This document shows, one piece after another, positions 7,575-12,822 of a stretch of 12,822 nucleotides of DNA. Source of the DNA: Gemmatimonadota bacterium. Its GTDB lineage: Bacteria; Latescibacterota; UBA2968; UBA8231. The translations under genes and the position numbers were made by a program. The stretch spans positions 11,626 through 24,447 of the forward strand of contig JAYPJE010000056.1 in the NCBI GenBank assembly GCA_038128265.1, given 5' to 3'. Positions within the stretch are counted from its first letter, which is position 1; each line of letters starts with the position of its first letter. Below the pieces are notes generated by a model. The model was not told where the DNA came from and ran no database searches. It worked only from the letters and a program-made list of their open reading frames with translations.

Positions 7575-7679
7575 CGAGCATCTTGGAAAGATCTCTCCTC
7601 TTGCTATGCCCTCTGCATTTATTTAATTCCATAGCACCGCAGATATCGCTCGCACTATGTGCCCAACAAGGAACATGCC

Positions 7680-10583
7680 ATGCGCCTTATCCCGTGCTCC
7701 GCCCTGTGTTTTATCTTTGCGCTGTTGCTGTGTGGCCCCACTCAGGCCGCCTACAAGCTCGTGCACGAACCCGCTGCCAACGACCCCATGCAGGTGCATA
7801 TATACGAGCTGGACAACGGCCTGCAGGTCTATCTGACAACCAACGATGAAGAGCCGCGCTTTTATGCGGAAATCATCGTGCGCGCCGGCTCCAAGCACGA
7901 CCCGCAGGATGCCACCGGCATAGCACACTATTTGGAGCACATGCTCTTCAAAGGCAGTCGCCAGCTAGGCACGCTCGACTTTGACGCCGAAAAGGAGCAT
8001 CTCGATCGCATTGAAGCGCTCTACGAAGAGCACTTCAGCGAAACCGACCCCGAGCGCCGCACCGCGCTGTATGAACAAATCAACGAGGCCAACCAACTGG
8101 CCGCCCAGTACGCCATTCCCAACGAGCTAGACCGCCTCTACACCGCCATGGGCGAGCGCGCATTGAACGCACATACCTCATTGGAAGAAACCGTCTACAA
8201 AGTCGACCTGCCATCCAATCGCATCGAACACTGGGCCAAGGTCGAAGCCGAGCGCTTTCACCAACCCGTGTTTCGCCTGTTTCAAACGGAGTTAGAAACG
8301 GTTTACGAAGAAAAAAATCGCTCCATGGACAATAAGGATCGCGTTATTCGCAACGCCGTCCAGCAGCAGCTTTACAAAGCGCACTCCTATCGCAATACGA
8401 CGCTGGGCTCGGTCGAGCATCTGAAAAACCCCTCACTGGCGCGCATGTACGAGTACTACCACACCTACTACGTGCCCAACAATATGGCCATCGCCATTTC
8501 TGGCGATATCGATATTGAGCGCACCATTTCCCTTATCGACCGCGAATTTTCCATCTGGGAAGCCAAGAAGCTGCCCAAGCTCGACGCGTGGAAAGAGCCC
8601 AAGATCAAACAGGTTGAGCGCGTCGAAGTAACCTTCCCCGGCGAGGAATATGTGCTGCTGGCCTATCGCACCGCGCCGCGCACGCACAAAGACGCCGAGG
8701 CACTCAGCGTGCTTGATATGATATTGGACAACTCGACGGCGGGCTTGATCAACCTGAACATCAACCAGCAGCAACTAGCGCGCGGTGCAGGCTCCTACCC
8801 GTGGAAACACAATGACTACGGAGCACAGTATCTGTGGGGCATTCCCAAACAGGGGCAAACGCTGCCCGAAGTCGAAGCGCTCTTACTCGAACAAATAGAT
8901 CGAATCAAGAACGGTCAGTTCGACGAGTGGATCATTCCCGCCATTGTCACTGATTTCAAGAAAAACTACAAGCAGCGCCTAGAGGGCAACGGGCCGCGCG
9001 TGTCGCTCATGCGCGATTCCTACTTGGCCTTTGAAAAGTGGGAGCACACGGTCGGCACTTTGGACCGCATGGCGAAACTGAGCAAGAAAGATATCGTCAA
9101 GGTTGCCAACAAGTACTTCAAGGACGGTTATGTAGCAGGCTACCGCCGCGATGGGCAAATAGACGTTCCATCTATCGACAAGCCACCCATCGACAAAATC
9201 GACATCGACCCTTCGCGCCAGTCCGATTTTTTCGCCGAAGTTATGCAGGTGGACGTCGAGGAAATAGAGCCCGACTATGTCGTGCCGGGCAAGGATTACA
9301 CCCGCACCGAGCACCGCCAAGGCGTGTCTCTCTACCACGCGAACAATCCACTGAACGATCTATTCTCCTTTTCCGTTACCCTTGATATCGGGTCGCTACA
9401 CGACAATCGTCTGCCCATTGCCCGCGACCTGCTCGACAAATCGGGCACGCCGCGCTTTTCTTCGGAAGCGCTAAAGAAAGAGTGGTACTCGCTGGGGACC
9501 GATTTCAACATCAGCACCGATGACCAACGGACCACGATATCCATATCGGGTCTCGACGAACATTTTGCGGCTTCGCTCGCCCTGCTCGACGAAGCTCTGC
9601 GCCAGCCCACTACGGACGACGCCACACTCGACGAGCTCAAGCAAATCATCCTCACCAAGCGCACCGATGCACAAAAAGATCCGCGCACCATCCATCAGGC
9701 GCTCTACCGCTACCACCGGCTGGGCGATCAAGCCTATTTTCGGCGTGTGCCCTCCAACGAGGAAGTGCTGGCCATGCCGCTCGAAGGGCTAATCGACCTG
9801 CTCAGCGGCCTGCTAGATTACGAGCAAACCCTCACCTATACGGGCACCCTGTCCGTTGCTCAACTCAAAAGTGCACTCGATGCGCACTATTCCCTGCCTG
9901 CGGAACTGACGCCTCCACCGCCGCACCGCGTGCTCGAAAACCATCAGCCGACACAGACACAGATTTACTTTTTCAACAAAGAAACAGCCCAAGCCCAGGT
10001 GCGCATTGAATTTGGCGGCGTGCCTTACAGCGCCTCTTTGGAGCCGTCCGTAGAACTGTTCAACGACTACTTTTACGGGGGTATGGCCGGCATTGTTTTT
10101 CAGGAAATTCGCGAGGCGCGCGCGCTGGCCTACTCCGTGGGCGCACTCTACGTCCACGCCGGGCAGAAAGACGATTACAACCTGATGATCGGCGCGATGG
10201 GCACGCAGGCAGACAAAACGCCCGAAGCGGTCGGAGCCTTGGTCGAGCTATTGGACAATATGCCCGTCTCACAGGAGCGCTTTGCCGCCGCTCAGGCTTC
10301 TGTCATCAATAAGTACCGCACCGAGCGCCTTGGCTTTCGCCAGGTCCTAGGCTCCGTGCGCGACTGGGAGCGCAAGTCCGTGCCGATCGACCCACGCCCC
10401 TGGCGCTACGATCAGATACGCGCCGCTAGCTTGGATGACGTGCTGGAGTTTCACCGCGAGCACATCGGCGGCAAGGCAAAACTCATATCAATTACGGGCG
10501 ACAGCAACAAGATCGACATGGAGGCACTCGGCCAGCACGGCACCATCATTGAAGTCGATCTCGACGACGTTTTTGGCTTCTGA
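7680..10583 (+). CDS. Secreted M16 family (insulinase/PqqL-like) zinc metallopeptidase with fused N- and C-halves
   Basis: TGIAHYLEHMLFKGS (HxxEH), LNAHTS, ELETVYEEK, C-half IREARALAYSV (R/Y pair). Signal-peptide-like N-terminus MRLIPCSALCFIFALLLCGPTQA. ATG at 7680 follows AAGGA. Confidence 0.95.
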   Translation: MRLIPCSALCFIFALLLCGPTQAAYKLVHEPAANDPMQVHIYELDNGLQVYLTTNDEEPRFYAEIIVRAGSKHDPQDATGIAHYLEHMLFKGSRQLGTLDFDAEKEHLDRIEALYEEHFSETDPERRTALYEQINEANQLAAQYAIPNELDRLYTAMGERALNAHTSLEETVYKVDLPSNRIEHWAKVEAERFHQPVFRLFQTELETVYEEKNRSMDNKDRVIRNAVQQQLYKAHSYRNTTLGSVEHLKNPSLARMYEYYHTYYVPNNMAIAISGDIDIERTISLIDREFSIWEAKKLPKLDAWKEPKIKQVERVEVTFPGEEYVLLAYRTAPRTHKDAEALSVLDMILDNSTAGLINLNINQQQLARGAGSYPWKHNDYGAQYLWGIPKQGQTLPEVEALLLEQIDRIKNGQFDEWIIPAIVTDFKKNYKQRLEGNGPRVSLMRDSYLAFEKWEHTVGTLDRMAKLSKKDIVKVANKYFKDGYVAGYRRDGQIDVPSIDKPPIDKIDIDPSRQSDFFAEVMQVDVEEIEPDYVVPGKDYTRTEHRQGVSLYHANNPLNDLFSFSVTLDIGSLHDNRLPIARDLLDKSGTPRFSSEALKKEWYSLGTDFNISTDDQRTTISISGLDEHFAASLALLDEALRQPTTDDATLDELKQIILTKRTDAQKDPRTIHQALYRYHRLGDQAYFRRVPSNEEVLAMPLEGLIDLLSGLLDYEQTLTYTGTLSVAQLKSALDAHYSLPAELTPPPPHRVLENHQPTQTQIYFFNKETAQAQVRIEFGGVPYSASLEPSVELFNDYFYGGMAGIVFQEIREARALAYSVGALYVHAGQKDDYNLMIGAMGTQADKTPEAVGALVELLDNMPVSQERFAAAQASVINKYRTERLGFRQVLGSVRDWERKSVPIDPRPWRYDQIRAASLDDVLEFHREHIGGKAKLISITGDSNKIDMEALGQHGTIIEVDLDDVFGF

Positions 10584-10588
10584 GCCTA

Positions 10589-10617
10589 TTGACAAAATCC
10601 TGGCGGCGGCCTAGGTT
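10589..10617 (+). promoter_or_regulatory. Sigma70-type promoter for tRNA-Met
   Basis: TTGACA (10589-10594), 17-nt spacer, TAGGTT (10612-10617), ending 16 nt before the tRNA. Confidence 0.8.
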
Positions 10618-10633
10618 TTGTGCCCGTATTTGG

Positions 10634-10710
10634 GGCGGCGTAGCTCAGGTGGTTAGAGCAGTGGAATCATAATCCACGTGTCGGGGGTTCAAGTCCCTCC
10701 GCCGCTACCA
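10634..10710 (+). tRNA. tRNA-Met(CAT), elongator type
   Basis: GGCGGCGTAGCTCAGGTGGTTAGAGCAGTGGAAT-CAT-AATCCACGTGTCGGGGGTTCAAGTCCCTCCGCCGCTACCA, 77 nt. G1-U72, G2-C71, C3-G70 acceptor. No C1:A72 mismatch or three G-C anticodon pairs, so not initiator. Confidence 0.95.
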
Positions 10711-10717
10711 GCTCTTG

Positions 10718-10757
10718 AAAAATGCAACTCTCTGTTCCGTAGAGAGTTGCATTTTTT
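10718..10757 (+). terminator. Intrinsic terminator after tRNA-Met (likely bidirectional)
   Basis: AAAAATGCAACTCTCT-gttccgt-AGAGAGTTGCATTTTTT, a 16-bp inverted repeat. Confidence 0.9.
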
Positions 10758-10875
10758 GTATCCGCTCCAGCAGCTAAGCAATACGCTTTTCACAACAAGG
10801 CATCGAATTTCGCGATCCTCAACAGCCGCTGCGCAAGGCACTCTCAGGTCGCGTGTCAAACGACGCGAGCTATGT

Positions 10876-11625
10876 CTACGGCCGACTGCATTCAATAACG
10901 ATCGCCGTATCTTCAGAGGTAGCCTTATCGTGCGTATAGCGGTTGTAGGCTGTGACATGTTGAAATCCAGCGTCCTCCAACATGGACTGAAACGCACCCA
11001 ATTCATAGTAGCGTACTTCTATGCATTCGAGCTCGGTAGCGACCAACACCCCATCTTCAAACAGCTCATAGCGATTGAGGGATCGGTTTATGCCGTTTTC
11101 TTCATCCCACTGATCCAGCTCGCTCAGCACAATCTTCGCCCCATCGGAGCGCTCTACCCACCGACCTTTCCATAGGTCAGAAGTCGCTGGCCGTGCATTA
11201 AGCGTCTCTATTTCTACCGAGAACAGCCCCCCGGGCAGCAAGTGCGCGTATATGCGACTCAAGCTCTCCTGCACCTCGTTCAAATCGGTGATTAGACCGA
11301 TTGAACCGGCAGGGATAAACACAAAACCGTATTGCCTAGAAAGATCCAACTGCTGGAGATACTGATGGCTCAGATTGGCCTTTAACCCCCGTTACGCACA
11401 GCGCTGGCGACAGGACGCCAACATGTGTTCGGAGGCATCCGTCCCATCTATATCAACGCCTAGTTCGAGCATGGGGATCAGGTAGCGACCCGAGCCACAC
11501 ATCGGTTCTAAAACAGGACCGGCGACCTTTTGCGCAATGGGCCGATACAGAGCCATTGAATTTTCATGGGGTTCCGGCATCGCCAGATCATAGAACGCGG
11601 TGCATAGTTTGCGGTAAGCTTCCAT
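10876..11625 (-). pseudogene. Class I SAM-dependent methyltransferase interrupted by a single in-frame TAA at 11392-11394
   Basis: Motif I VLEPMCGSGR and GTDASEHML, then ...RQRCA*RGLKANLSHQYLQQLDLSRQYGFVFIP...HLLPGGLF. The two track ORFs are in the same frame and joined by 14 sense codons. ATG at 11625 follows TAAGGA. Confidence 0.85.
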
Positions 11626-11683
11626 GTACTCTTCCTTATGATTGGAGATTCTACAATTTATAAGTGGTTCTGACGAACTGAAC

Positions 11684-11716
11684 AAAAAAACGGGGGCTAT
11701 CAACCTAGCCCCCGTT
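11684..11716 (-). terminator. Intrinsic terminator for the minus-strand glycosyltransferase transcript
   Basis: Minus strand reads AACGGGGGCTA-ggttga-TAGCCCCCG followed by T7. Confidence 0.85.
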
Positions 11717-11749
11717 CTATATCCGTGCTATAAAATCACCATCTATGCG

Positions 11750-11899
11750 TTAAGATGATTCTATACCTACACCGATTCTACGCCAATGCGCTACGAGCTC
11801 GCGCGCTGTGCGCTGCCAGGAAAAATGCTCTACTCTGTGTAAACCTCGCTCTTCTTCCATTTTATCGTTATGGGCAAACCAATATTGCCTTCTACTCAT
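11750..11899 (-). pseudogene. 49-codon remnant whose C-terminal half resembles the last helix of a GT4 (GT-B) glycosyltransferase
   Basis: MSRRQYWFAHNDKMEEERGLHRVEHFSWQRTARELVAHWRRIGVGIESS*. RGLxRxxxFSWxRTARE matches the typical GT4 C-terminus. The ATG overlaps the upstream GT2 stop (ATGAGTAG). Confidence 0.65.
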
Positions 11900-12665
11900 A
11901 CCTTCTAAGCATGAGATTAATCAGAGGAGATATCATGTTGATCCAACCAAGACCGGGTTTGATATGCGAAGTATACTGCCCTATGGGGTACGCACGCTCC
12001 ACGGGAATTTCAGTTACATTGTAGTTGAGACGAATGGCTTTCCATGCTAGATACTGTTCAATTTCGTATTTCTTAAATCTATCTTGAAAGGCAAATACCC
12101 TCGGATCATTTAGGAAGTCCATAGAAAAAGCGCGATATCCGTTCGTTGTATCTGTCATCCATTTTCCACTGCTCATGGAGAAAAGAGGTGCATGCAATAA
12201 TCGGATAGCGAAGTACCTAATCCAAGGCGTATTTATATGCTTGCCATCTTTTATAAAACGGGATCCTTGAATATAACCAAAACCTTCTTGTAGTCTTTCA
12301 ACGAATAATGTAATTGACTCTGGGTTATCTCGATTTTTTACGTTGATTAAAATTAAACCTTTATAATCCTGTGATTGCAACCAATGTAACGCCGCTTTTA
12401 TGTTGGAGCTCAATCCGCTGTTCTTTTTTAGTCGAGTAACACCTCTAACACCATGCCTTGCAATAAACTCCGTCTCACACGACTCATCTTCTGACCCGTC
12501 GTCGCCCATCATAATATCGAAACTACGCGTCTGAATGGCATCGATGCGTGTCAACAGTTTTTCTATTAGAGGCCGCTCATTATACGCAAAGATGTACACT
12601 GCGTAATCATACTCTTTCTCGCCGACACTTATAAAATCATAGTCATCGACTGAATTACTGCTCAT
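11892..12665 (-). CDS. GT2 family glycosyltransferase (polyprenol-phosphate hexosyltransferase/DPM1-like)
   Basis: AYNE, DDGSED, IQGSRF, TDTTNGYRAFS, EIPVERAYP. SD TAAGGGG. AT-rich relative to the core genes. Confidence 0.9.
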   Translation of the reverse strand: MSSNSVDDYDFISVGEKEYDYAVYIFAYNERPLIEKLLTRIDAIQTRSFDIMMGDDGSEDESCETEFIARHGVRGVTRLKKNSGLSSNIKAALHWLQSQDYKGLILINVKNRDNPESITLFVERLQEGFGYIQGSRFIKDGKHINTPWIRYFAIRLLHAPLFSMSSGKWMTDTTNGYRAFSMDFLNDPRVFAFQDRFKKYEIEQYLAWKAIRLNYNVTEIPVERAYPIGQYTSHIKPGLGWINMISPLINLMLRRYE

Positions 12666-12735
12666 AGATATTTCCCCTTACTTATTCCAAAAAAGAAAAG
12701 TCCTGCACTAAAATACACCTGAAGAAGTGTACACT

Positions 12736-12822
12736 CTACACATCATACATTTCAGCCGCGATAGAAATCAATGTACTGACCGGCGGTGAGAAATGCTTTC
12801 TGCAAAACGAATCAAATTGAAG
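12736..12822 (-). CDS. Possible 3' end of an upstream gene cut by the window edge
   Basis: Frame open from the edge: LQFDSFCRKHFSPPVSTLISIAAEMYDV* (TAG at 12736-12738). Too short to identify or confirm. Confidence 0.3.
   Translation of the reverse strand, partial: LQFDSFCRKHFSPPVSTLISIAAEMYDV

Noticed and set aside
10634..10710. tRNA(CAT) as initiator or Ile2, and the unusual A32 in the anticodon loop
   Set aside because: The acceptor stem GGC/GCT matches elongator Met identity, and GGAATCATAATCC anticodon arms occur in other bacterial elongator tRNA-Met genes.
10758..10875. Short hairpin TCGCGT...ACGCGA downstream of the methyltransferase as an integron attC or IS end
   Set aside because: No RYYYAAC/GTTRRRY pair with a long imperfect palindrome, no integrase or transposase, and no second copy.
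10678..11175. Plus-strand 165-aa ORF
   Set aside because: It overlaps tRNA-Met, its terminator and the antisense strand of the methyltransferase.
11392..11394. Selenocysteine/pyrrolysine or stop-codon reassignment
   Set aside because: The codon is TAA, not TGA or TAG, and all three stops terminate genuine genes in this window.
1..12822. CRISPR array, tandem repeat array, transposase, integrase or reverse transcriptase
   Set aside because: No regularly spaced repeats or corresponding protein motifs seen on either strand.

Overview
Bacterial chromosomal window. Positions ~1-10710 are GC-rich core genome (about 60% GC in spot counts). They hold a truncated ORF, a divergent DUF6807/'PmoA-family' gene and Amidohydro_2 gene, and a minus-strand operon pfk-pgk-tpiA-secG-tRNA-Leu(GAG). 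That operon has a probable PPi-dependent PFK where gap usually sits. Next come comF, an unannotated 54-aa highly charged ORF with its own SD and terminator, a stand-alone specialised NusG paralog (RfaH/UpxY-like), a secreted M16 zinc peptidase and tRNA-Met(CAT). Beyond tRNA-Met the GC content falls and the region looks like a decaying accessory glycosylation locus. It contains a SAM methyltransferase broken by one in-frame TAA, a hidden 49-codon remnant ending like a GT4 glycosyltransferase, and an AT-rich GT2 gene with a degenerate DxD-region motif. I see no convincing wholly new multi-gene system. The best leads are the NusG paralog plus small-ORF unit and the deletion scar.
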